A DNA stretch of 64,000 nt from Lama glama (taxonomy: Eukaryota). The stretch spans positions 994,001-1,058,000 of the forward strand of contig CM052818.1 of the NCBI GenBank assembly GCA_028534125.1. The letters run 5' to 3'. This document shows positions 30,298 to 42,124 of this stretch, piece after piece (the stretch's first letter is position 1; each line of letters opens with the position of its first letter). Below the pieces are notes generated by a model. The model ran no database searches and was not told the origin of the DNA. It saw only the letters and a program-made list of their open reading frames with translations. The position numbers were made by a program, and so were the translations under genes.

Positions 30298-32740
30298 CCA
30301 GGAGTTGGAGAAGCTGAAGGAGGAGATCCAATGAGAGCTCAAAGAGCTGCAGACTTGGCTCTAGCTTCACACCCATAAAGTGAACCAACAGGTCACCAGG
30401 TCACTGAGCTTCAGCTGCAGTAGCATTGACCCTACAGCGACTTCCCAAGTACAATCATGGCTGCTTCACTTCTAGCTTTCAAATATCATGCCAATTTCTC
30501 CTGTGGCCTACCCTAGCCCAGAACCATACAGGAAAAGAAATTCTAGGAATAAAATTCCAGCTTAACTAAGGTGACACCGTACAAAGCCATCACAGTCCAC
30601 CCTTTGTCAACTTGGCATCCATAAACACCTGTTTTCACCATACTTAACTTTCAAATAGTTTGAAAGCAAAATACAGAAAATTGTGCTTCTGCTTAACATA
30701 ATATACCTAGCCCTTGAATAATGAAAAGATATCAGATCTATTGGTTATCGATGTGGAGAAAGAAAAAGTTCATTTCTAACCCTCCCCTGTCAAAAGGGGA
30801 TACAAAGCCTGTAAGTTCACAGTTTTCCTAGTTTGGCAATGTTCACTTCTCTTCTAGCTAAGTCACACTGCCCCTGTGATATCCTGTAACTTAATTACTG
30901 ATGAATAATGTTAAAAACTTATTTAGACAGTAGAGGAATGAGAAGGGGAAGGGAAATTTTGGTTAAAACACAAAAATATTTACATTAAAATAAAAAGAAA
31001 AGTTTTGTCCTCATTCCTGCAACTGGTTATGTTGCTTTAGCTGGTATTTATATATGCTCTTCCAACTCCCCATTTATATTTCCTGCCTGCGGCGGTGACC
31101 TTTGTTTCTGGTCTGTGCTATTAACACTCCTTCCTGTATTAGTTTGTAATAGTTTTACTGTTGGCCTCAATCACAGGAGATGAGACTACCAAGAGGCTCC
31201 CCATTCCAGCCTTGATCGTCAGGACCAATCACGCCAGGCAGTACAATAACCTTCTTCTTTGCCTTTTGATTCACTGGCAAGAGAAGCCCCAAAGTTGCCG
31301 GGGTCAGTCTCAACTTCCAGTTCAATGGAACTGCTGCTGTGACCCCTGTGGAAATATTTCTTTTAGGGGAACAAATATTCTAGATTAGCAGAGCCCAAAG
31401 TTTCAGAGACACAAAGCAATAATTTTGCTAGAGAAGTACTGTGTGTTATCTCAGTTCTAGCCTCTGTTTCCTGACCCACGGATCCTTGCTTTGAGAGAAA
31501 TAGTACCATGTGTCAGTTGCTCATTGAGAGCACATCCTGAAGGCATTCTCCAAGCCCTCAAGTGCTGCCACCCAGCCGGCACCTTTTGAGTCTTCAAAAG
31601 GCCATTCCACTGTTCTCTGAGGCCAGCTACTTTAGAGTGATGGGGGACATAGTAAGACCAGGGAATTCCAAGAGTGTGAGTCCATCGCTGCTCTTCATTT
31701 GCTGTAACGGAAATTCTCTGGTCAGAAGCAATGCTATGTGGAATGCCAGGACAGTAAATAAGGCATTCTACACACTCACAGATGTTTTGGCAGAAGCACT
31801 GAGGGCAGGGAAGCAAACCCACGTTGCAGGTACTGGATATTCCAGTGAGAACAAAGCACTGCTCTTTCAAATATAAAAAGGCTGCCGCCAAGTTGCTGAT
31901 TGATTTCCAAATTGGGAACTCAAATTCCAAATTTCCAGACTGGTTTCTACTGTTGGCAGGTTGGGCACTCAGCAGGGGCTATAGCCAGACTGGCCTTGGT
32001 GAGTGAGAATCCATACTACTGAGCCCACGTTTGACCTCCATCCTTCCTACCGTGGCCACATTATTCATGAGCCCATTACAGTAATCGTACCTACCTAGTC
32101 TTTGGTTATTAAGTACCATCACTTGGTCCCTGCCAACCTGGGATCCCAGCGTCCCCACTGAATCTGTGGAGCCAGATTCAATGGCGTAAATTCGTACCAT
32201 CATTTTTGGCCTACAGGAATAGCCACGATAGAGATCTCCGAGGATGTCAGGGCTCTCCTTGTGAACGTGTTTCTCTCAGGCTTGGTAAAAGCAGTGTCCT
32301 CTGTCCTTTCCTGAGCACATTTTTAGGAGGCAGGTAAACAGGTCTAATATGATGAATCTACTCTAGCATTCCAATCTTCCTTAGCCTTTGGACACTCTCA
32401 TCCACAGTATACCAAAGACATTTTGGCATTCTAGCTTCCAGATTTCAATCACCCAACCAAGCAAATAGTTGGAACCACTCAAGCTAACACATCAAATCAG
32501 AAATCTCTGCTTACTGAGCCCTAATAAATAAATGTTGCCTAATCTGACTTTATATTCCTTCCTACCTGATTCTGTGCCTTAGGGGTCCATAGCTATACAT
32601 TTCCCCAGGTTTCCCTTGATATAAATTAGCAAAGTCATGCAGTTACTTTGGTGTGTATCACACCTTGTCCTGGATCATGCTTGGTACTTCACCCTTTGGA
32701 GCCTGTTTGGACTTGAATCTATAAACAATGGAAGAAACTC
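30298..32740 (-). mobile_element. Decayed, internally deleted ERVL endogenous retrovirus
   Basis: The - strand encodes an ERVL integrase remnant GIPHSIASDQRISVTANEEQRWTHTLGIPWSYYVPHHSKVAGLREQWNGLLKTQ (ORF 31457-31930). There is a dUTPase-like remnant at ~31150-31400, a gag-like remnant at ~32100-32730 and LTR-like sequence at ~30298-30594. No RT is recognisable. Confidence 0.85.
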
Positions 32741-35629
32741 ATCTGTAGACACCAATGTTTTGAGCCCTAGTCAGGACCACAGGGCCACTGGGAGCCTAGG
32801 AAGTTGAAGAAGATGCGCTGGGAGGCCCCTTGGCTCCCTCTTCTTCCAGCACCCTCATGAATCCTTGTCCCTTTTCTCTTTTTTCACCCTCTCTTTTGCA
32901 GGGTCTCTCTCCATCTTTCTCTTTCATCTTTCCAAAGGGAGAATTTTTCACCCAGAAGAAAGGTGCTAACTGGGGACTCTGCAGGTCATTGGAGCTGAGA
33001 TGCAGGGCCCACAACACATCAGGCCTCAAGTCAAGCACAGCCTACAGGAAGAGAGGGACCTTGGGACCGACCTGGGGAGAAGGCTCACACCTCCTCCCCC
33101 TGCCCGGCCGCCTCGGCTCCAGCCCACACCTGCCTCTCCCCTCCTGGCCCCTCCTGCGTCCCCTTGCACCTGACAGGCCAGAGCAAACAAGCTGTTGTTT
33201 GTTCCTCCCTCCCAGAAACGCACAGTGACACGGAGGAGGCGCACATGGCCAGCACACATCGCACTTTGCAGTCACCTACTGGTTCCTAGCTTTTTCTTAT
33301 GTATGCTGCTTTGAAGACTTCCTCTGAACTCCTATGCTCTTTAATTAGGCTGAGGTCAACAAACACCTATTTGTGTGAGACCTATTTTATGTGCTGGGTT
33401 TATGAGGGGTACAAAGGATGGAAGACTACAGTTTCTTCCCGTTGGGAACTCACAGTCTCATGGTGGCAGAGACTCACAACTAAGGAATGCAACTATGAGA
33501 CTAAAAGGGCAGATTCTATGGGAGTGTGAAGGACAGAGATTACCTAAAACGTCAGAGATCCAGGAAGGCTCCTTGGAGGGGGCTTCCCTCTGCAGATACC
33601 TTCAAGGAGATGAAAGCTGAGGAAGGCAAGGGGTGGGGGACACTATGCAGAAAGAAAGTGATGGAAGAGAGAAGAGCTAGTCAGTGTGGACCCGCTGAGA
33701 ACTCCCAACTTTAAGAACGGGCAAAGGCAGAGGGAAGCAGCAATGATCAGAGAGAAAGTAAAAGGACCAGGGCAAACAACACTTGCACAGTGAGACTAGT
33801 ATGTTTTCTACCCCAACTAATCTAAACCCTTTGTCGAACTGAAAGGAAGGACACTGAGGCCCAACTAAGTGGGGAGTGATTTGCACAAAAGGCAAAACTC
33901 AGTCCAGGACTCAGCTTCCAGCTTACTGTACCCTGTGTGCCCATGACAGCCCCAGACCCAGGTCAGCAAATTTTTGTCATTTTATCTACCAGCCATGCTC
34001 ACCACAGTGCCCAGCACACAGTGGGGATGAACATATTTGCTGAATTGAATTCTGTGTCTCCCGTATTCCTTCAGTTTCTAAGGAAAGGAGAAGGAACAAG
34101 AAAGGGGGATGGTCCTCTGCCAAACCTCTATTGATACCACAGGCACTGTGCGGGTGTGTATTTATGCTACCTTGTTGAGCCCCATGATCCTGCTGTCATT
34201 CCCGTTTCACAGAGGAGGAAACTGGATCTTGAACAGCTAAGTGATTTGGTTTACAGCTAGCCAACTGTGAGAATTCAAACCCAGGTCCACCTGATGCTAC
34301 GTTCCACAATGAGAGTGTCAGGCTAAATGGCTGAAATGGAATTGAATTGAATTGATTTCTCCTCCGAGCCCACAGCCCTTCAAGGGGAGGGATTATGATT
34401 TTCCTTTGAGGGTGGAGAGGGGATGGAGCTGTCGTGGAAGAGTGTGTGTGTGAGGGAGTAAATTCTTTTAAAGACTAGCTTGTGTCAGCTACTCATAACT
34501 GACTGAAATTCCAACACCAGAAGAGAAGAACAAAGGTATTGGTTCTTTTTTAAAAGGTCACCTAAAAGCCTATCAGCTTCTGCCTCTCTCAGCATCATCT
34601 CATTCGAACCTGGGCTGAGGGTTCAGAAACTCAGGGGTGTTGTTGAAATGGAAAAAACACAAAAAGAGTTGGGTTATCATGTGTGTGACCTCTCTAAGCA
34701 TCTTGTAAGAGATGGAGTTGGAGAGGGGAGAGGATGAAAGAACCATCCAGAAAGAGGTATCCGTGTTCAGAAGAAAGGAAGCTAGAGATGATGGTGGTGG
34801 TGGTGGTGACGTGTGTGTGCGCGTGATGCAGGCAGGTGTCAGGGGGCGCCAGGCAGAGAGAAGAGGACTTGTCACAGCCCTGCGTACCAGCCCAGACTCT
34901 CCCTCATGCCCTTGTAACCTTTCTAAGGCTCTTCCACAAGTGGGTTTCCAAGGTTGTCACCAAGCCTTTGCCATCCCCTACTAAGGCTGCATCCAGGGAC
35001 GGGCAGGGCACTGGGTGGAAGGGAGCGCTGGAAGTCCTAGGAAACCTCACTTTCCCACCGGCCAGCTGCAGGGGCTGGGCCTTGCCACCAGCTGGGGGTC
35101 TGGGAGTCGGGCAGGGCTCTGCCTGCCTGTTTGTTCAGCCCTGAACTGAGGTTCCTGTTAGGAAGCAAACTTATTTGTGTTCAGACTGATTTGTTTGCTG
35201 TTCGCACTCCGGTGGAGAGATGCCCCTTGGAGTCCTGGCTTCAAACACAGGGGTGAGCGTGGGAAGTGAGAGTGGCCAAACTCAGAGCCTGCAGGGCAGG
35301 AAATAATTGGGAAAACCAAAGTCTACAAGCCTCTGATGAGGAGAGGGAGAGTTGGACCCCACTGGCAGCTCAGCCCTGGCTCCCTGCTTTCCAGAGAAGA
35401 GCCACGTGGGGCTCACCCAGTGAGGAGTCCTAAGTCAGGAAGGGTTTGGAGTCTGGCTTTCTCACTCACCAGCAGAGCTGCCTAGTGAGGAACAAAATAT
35501 ACTAATGCCAGGGTCCCCACTTTGAGAGGTTGATTTAGTTGGTCTGAGGTGTGGCCAGGGCACTAGGACTCGTAAACCTTCCCAAGTGATTCCACTGTGT
35601 GGTCAAGGTGAGAGCCTGTGTTTAAGAGC

Positions 35630-35795
35630 CTACCAGCTTCTCAAACCTTCACGTGCATACAGATCACCTGGAGATCTGGTTAAATTGTAGATCCAACTCA
35701 GTGGGTCCAGGTTAGGTCCTTAGATTCTGCATTTCTAACACACTGTCAGGTAACACTGGTGCTGCTGGGCTGGGGACTATACCTTGAACGGCAAG
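35630..35795. mobile_element. MER5A-like DNA transposon
   Basis: cttctcaaacctt...cagatcacctggagatctggttaaa...agattctgcatttctaaca core. Confidence 0.65.
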
Positions 35796-36149
35796 GCCCT
35801 CTGCCTGCTTTGAATGCCTCATTCCAGTTGTGCCCATTGATCGGAGGGAAGGAGTGAGAGCCTGTCCCCAGGCTTTCTGCACCTGTTCACTTGGCCCACC
35901 CTTCCCCTACTACTTTATGTGGTCAGGTGATCAACATACTTCACAACTTCTCTGGCCAAGGCCAGTCTTGTAGTCATTCTCAAAGTTTAAGTGGACAAGG
36001 CAGATCTCTTCCCCTACCTGGGACAAACCAATTCACCTGGCTCCAGTTGGGGACTGTGGCAGAGGTAGGGAGGGGCAGCAGAAAAGCAGCAGGCACATCC
36101 TTCTCTTGTCCTCTTGGGGACTCAGACCTGATGGGCAGATAGGACATAA

Positions 36150-36520
36150 ACATTGTGTGGTAGGGTATGTTTCCAAAGCTGGCTAAAATAAAGACTTCCT
36201 TCCCAGGTGCTCTGTTGCAAAGAGGCCTTGCCATTCCCCCATCCCCTCTTCTTTGATCTGGGCTAGCCCTATGACTTGGTTTGGTCAGTAGAATATGAAG
36301 AAAGTGATACTGTGTAACTTCTGACGCAGGACCTTGTGATCTGAAGTTTTTCCTCTGCCAATTGGGATGCTCACTCTCAGGATCCAGCTTCCATGTGAAG
36401 CCCAAGCCAGTCATTGGGAGAGAAGAGTGAGTCCCAGTCTCTCAGGCAGCCCTGCCAAGATGCTGGATTTGTGAGTCAAGCTAGCCTGAATGTTTCAGTT
36501 CTAGCCACCATCTGATGGCA
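36150..36520. mobile_element. MaLR (MLT1-like) solo LTR
   Basis: Begins tgtggtagg and contains MLT1-like motifs (tctgggctagccctatgacttg...agaatatgaagaaagtgatactgtgtaacttctga). Only its last ~45 bp recur at 49138. Confidence 0.6.
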
Positions 36521-37625
36521 AGCCAGACCAGCTACATAATTTGTGAAGCCCAGTGTAAAATGAAAACTTATGGTCTATTGTTCAAACACGGTTAGGAATT
36601 TCAATATTTTTTTAGTGACTTTCCTCCCTTTTGGACCTCAGGAGCAGGTTCCTTCTACTGGTTCATGGCCATTACCACCAGATGCCTGAAACAGACCCCA
36701 CTCTGTCTATCTCTTCCTCTTTATCCTCATCCCCTTGCCAATTCCCCTATACAAACCTTTCTCTTGTATGTTTGCCATTTGTTATTGATCATTTATGGAT
36801 CCACGTAAAATATACAGGGCATATATACATGTATATATGTCTTTGTATATATGTCTTTGTATATATGTCTTTAATTTACATAAATGGTATGGTATAAATC
36901 TTTTTTTCTTTTCTTTCTTTTTTTTAATCAAAACTCTTTTAAAGTTCTCTCTTTGGGGCTATCTGCATAGAAGTTTCATTGCTTCTAGTAGCTGTTTTCT
37001 AGTATGTCACATTGCTGATAGGAAGTCTGCTGTCAGGTTGATTTTGATTTGTAGAAAACCTTTTCTGTTGTTAAAAAGCTTGGGAGATCTTCTTCTTTAT
37101 CATCAGCATCCAAAGGATTCAACAAGATGCTTGGGTAGCTACTGTCTCACAACGTGTCCTTCCAGCCGTGGGCAACAGGCAGTGGGCGGGGGTGCTTTTG
37201 GCTGCACTGAGGATGCGGTGTCTGAGCAACATCCCAGTGGGGACATCTGACAGGAAGTCAGGTAGGAGAAGGTGTCTGAGCTGAATACAGGTTTGGGAGT
37301 CACCTGCATCTGGCTTCTACTTTGAAAAAGAAAGATACTGAAGATGAGATCAAAGATGGAGGAGAATTTGTCAGGTGGGGAGGTGAGTGGGCGGAGGGTC
37401 TACTATTAGGTGAGCAATTGCTTTCTTCTCCTTTTTATTATAAAATATTTCAAACACTAAGAAAGTTATAAATATATGATAAATACCCAAGAACTCACCA
37501 TCCAACTTTATTGATTGCAGTTTTTGCCATGTTTATTTCAATTTTTCTTTCTTTAAGTAAAAGTGCATCACAGACACGTATGTAGTCCCTTTGAACCTCT
37601 CACCAGTCTCATTTGGGGGAGTTCA
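36478..37625 (+). repeat. Left copy of the direct duplication flanking the inserted block
   Basis: 36478-36604 matches 49138-49264, and 36605-37625 matches ~51345-52330. The left copy lacks ~2.1 kb present in the right copy. Confidence 0.95.
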
Positions 37626-38462
37626 CGCCCACCCCCGCCCCCCAGCCTGCTTCTCCATGAGACTCGGGGCGGGGCCCCTCCTGGGCTGTCCGGAGAGCGG
37701 CGCCCACGCAGGCGCCCAGGTGAGGCGCGGGGAGCCGGTTGTGACCGAGGCTGCGTTTCCGTTCCAGCTGCTTTACTCACGCTTTCCCTCTTGTTTGATT
37801 TTAGTGCGTCTTTTGTTTTGTTTGGGGGTTTTGTTTTTTGTTTTTTGTGGGGTTTTTTGTTTTGTTTTGTTTTTTTGCCTAAAATAAAAGTGGGGTTTTG
37901 CCTTGCTTTTCTTCCACTTGCCAGCTGGAGGTAATGTACTTGATCCTGGTTAGTATTTTTATCTCACTGAGGGCTAAGAGGGGGAAGGAGAGACAGGAAA
38001 CGCTGTGAAAGCTGTCTTTCACACATCCATACATTCAGTCACTTACTTATTCATTGCACGAGTATCCATTAGGCCCCTGGACTATGAAAGACACAAGCTA
38101 CCTGCTAAGGACATATGGCTGCTAAGTTTAGGGGACAAGAAACGTATGCAGAGATATTTGGGAAAGTGGGGCTTTAAAAAAGTTTTTTACACTAACTTCA
38201 GAAAAAAAAAAAGGAAAGTAAAATTACTATCAAGAGAACAAGTTAAATCTTAAAAAAGAAAAAGAAAAAAAGAGTATCTAACTTAAATCAAAAAAGAAGT
38301 TTGGATTATATAAAGTATGAAAAATACTAGCTGTCATGTATGAGTTACTTATTGTTTCAAAATGCTAAAAGTATCTTGAGCCTACATTTAAAGGAAGAAT
38401 CACAAATGAAAAGTTGAGCAGGAGGTATCTAGCCAAAAGTTGTTGGAGAGAAAATTATTCTT

Positions 38463-38716
38463 TCTTTTAACATTTTTTATTGATTTATAATTATTTTACA
38501 ATGTTGTGTCAAATTCCAGTGTTCAGCACAATTTTTCAGTCATTCATGGACATACACACACTCATTGTCACATGTTTTTCCTCTGTGAGTTATCATAACA
38601 TTTTGTGTATATTTCCCTGTGCTATACAGTGTAATCTTATTTATCTATTCTACAATTTTGAAATCCCAGTCTATCCCTTCCCACCCTCCACCCCCCTGGT
38701 AACCACAAGTCTGTAT
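38463..38716 (-). mobile_element. 5'-truncated young L1 3' end
   Basis: Perfect 17-bp target-site duplication gagagaaaattattctt at 38446-38462 and 38717-38733. L1 3'UTR-like sequence with the T-rich tail on the left. Confidence 0.85.
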
Positions 38717-40023
38717 GAGAGAAAATTATTCTTAAAGAGGACAATGAACCCCAAACTTGCAGACACAGTGACATAAAGGCCAAAGGGGCTCACAGCTGAG
38801 TTGGAGGCTGATCTTCATGCAGTAGCGTCAGTGCAGGAACAGAGACGGGCACGGGGGCGAAGGGAGCCCTGAAAATGGGGGCAGCTGGGGAGGCAGAGGG
38901 GTCACGGCAGAGCCCACAGCACAAGTGATATCTGTGCTGAGTGTTGGCAGCTGAGCTAAAGCTACTCTGCCTTTAAGGGATGGGAAAGGATATTCCAGAT
39001 AAAGGAAAAGAGATGTGCAAAAGCGCAGCCAGAATTAAAGAAGAGTGTGGTCCAAGAGATACAGATTGGCTGGCTGGTGACAAGAGTGTAGGTCTGGGAA
39101 AGGCAACGGTGAGGCTCTCAGTCTGCAGAGGGACTTGTAAGTGGAGAGAAGCAGCTTAGTTTTTATATCTATAAAGCGTAGACTACCTTCAAAGGACTTG
39201 AAGCAAGACAGTGGTATGATGAACGGTGATTTAGCGGCAGGAGGGAAGACAGGAGAGAATTCAGTTTAAAGAACTATTACTAAGCAAGGCACAGACTGGT
39301 TGTTGTAGCATATTACGCTTTTTGGAAAGGGGAAAAAAACATTTATACTTGCAAATGCATAGTTTGACCCTGCACTTTCTGCACTTTCTAGGTGGGGTTA
39401 CTTTAATTGCCCGCTAAAGGGAACATGAGACCCTGGCACTGGCAGCTGCCCCCCAGGAGGGGGATGGGGAGCTGCTTTTCAAGGAGAGAAGGAGATTTTT
39501 TTTTCTTTAGTTTCTTCCTTCTTTTCTTTTTTTTTCTGCATATCATTTTGTATACTTTCACACTTTCAATTTTCTACTTTGGACGTGTATTACCTGGCCA
39601 AAAATTAATTAGCTTTTTAAGAGGTCATTAGACCATCTAGAAAACATTGTTAGGGAGGATGTGCCTGCCACCCACCCCCACCTCCCCAGGGAGAACGTCC
39701 TTAATCCTAGCAGCCCAGTGACCTCAGAAAGCTTTTGCTGGGATGAGTGACTCCTGGTTGGGCTAGTACTCAGACCTGGGGGACGGGGAGGCGGCCTACA
39801 TAGATCTTACACCTTCTTGCTGCTTGTATTTGGGGCTGACTGATTCCATTACCAGCCTCCTAATCTTGGCTGGTGCCAAGTGGGTTCCCCTGCTGTGTCC
39901 AGCAAGTGTACTGAGGCATCGTTCAGCAGCATCTGGGGGCCACGGGAGGCGGTAAGCCACGGAAATGCCCGAGGAATGAAGACACAGGGGCAGCACAGAA
40001 GATAAGCACCCAACCTTCCTTAC

Positions 40024-40647
40024 CTTGGAGCAGATTTGTGAGCAGAAAGGGTCCAATGTAGTTGGTGGCAAAGGTGACATCAAGGCCCTCTGGGGTACGT
40101 GTTGTGGGCAATCCTGGGAGGAGATGAAAACATAGGTGGTGGGTGGTGGAATAACAACCTTCAGGGAGAGATGTCTGGGGAGGATATATGGGGGTTCAGT
40201 AGAAAAGCCACAGGAGCATGTATGTGCCAAGATCGGGGCAGTGAAGCCTGAAGCTACAACTTAAGGTGGGCTTTTTAGGACAGTGTCCGAATGAGGAGTG
40301 TTTCCACAGGATATACAGGTTAGGCTTGGGGGTGCCTGTTCTGCGGTCCCTGAGCCAGAAAGGAGGCTCCTGAAATGCGTTTAGGGGAAGTAAGTCAAGA
40401 CACACATCGCAGACTGCAGCATTGTTAACCAGTAGGTGTATCTCTGGATGCTCACACAGAAGCCACTGAGCAAAGCTCCGGATGGAGGCCATCGAGCTCA
40501 CGTCCACGTCACCAAGCAGGAGCTGGTTGCTCTGTGAGGCTGCTCGTATCTCGGCCAGGGCTTGCTGTCCACACTCACGGCTGTGGCAGGCCAGGATCAT
40601 ATGCGCCCCGCTGCTGGCCAGCTCCTGGGACACGCTCTTCCCAACGC
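40024..40647 (-). pseudogene. Short-chain dehydrogenase/reductase (RDH11/12/DHRS13-like) fragment, two exons
   Basis: Exon 40408-40647 reads (G)VGKSVSQELASSGAHMILACHSRECGQQALAEI...DVSSMASIRSFA...IHLLVNNAAVC. Exon 40024-40113 reads (G)LPTTRTPEGLDVTFATNYIGPFLLTNLLQ. The donor after 40408 is AT, not GT, and I found no catalytic YxxxK exon downstream. The first exon is probably in or next to the gap at 40726-40825. Confidence 0.85.
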
Positions 40648-40725
40648 CTGTGGGAGGGCAGCTTCAGAGAAGGCTGGTCCGGGGAGTGCGGAGATGGCAG
40701 CGGAGCAAGGGGAGAGACAAGGGTC

Positions 40726-40825
40726 NNNNNNNNNNNNNNNNNNNNNNNNNNNNNNNNNNNNNNNNNNNNNNNNNNNNNNNNNNNNNNNNNNNNNNNNNNN
40801 NNNNNNNNNNNNNNNNNNNNNNNNN
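40726..40825. other. Assembly gap (100 N)
   Basis: N run. Confidence 0.99.
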
Positions 40826-41288
40826 CCCATATCAAAGATCAAGAGAGCCAGGACTGCCCTGAGCCCTGCATCGGCTGATTTGTCTCCACATAAAACTTGG
40901 ATTCGCTTTCTAAGGTGAACTGACAGAGACCCAGGGACTGGAAATCGAATTCCTCATGCCTTGAATCACTCTGTGCTTAAGCAGGGCCATCCCCTTCCTC
41001 CCCTACTGGAATGAGACTCGATGACTTCTCCAAACTGAGGCAGACCCCCACTCAAAACTCTTACATCTGCTCCTTTGTGGACAGACAGATGGCTCTCCAG
41101 ACTGCCTCTGCTGGGGAGTCACCTTGGCCCTAAAGCAGGGTCTCCTAAGGGTGGTAATGCACTTATTCCCGGGAGTCAGTGTTCTGTCTTCTAGGCCTGC
41201 GGGACAACTGCCCCTCTCCAGTTCTGCGAGAACACACACTTGGAAGAAAGTGACAGACACGGGGCCAATTCTTAAAGCAACTCAGGTG

Positions 41289-41998
<710 letters not shown>

Positions 41999-42124
41999 CA
42001 GGAGACAGAGAAACTAAGGCAGGAGCAGCCCAGAGACGCGCTGAAGAGAACAGAGACGCGGCGGGGGCGGGGGTGGGGGCGGGAGGTGGGAAGGAGCTGG
42101 GGCGGGGCTTACTTTGCCTTGGTT

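Noticed and set aside
29492..30388. Long ORFs (190-298 aa) in the ORF track
   Set aside because: Artefacts of translating through the 500-N gap. Only the NOTO exon 1 portion is real.
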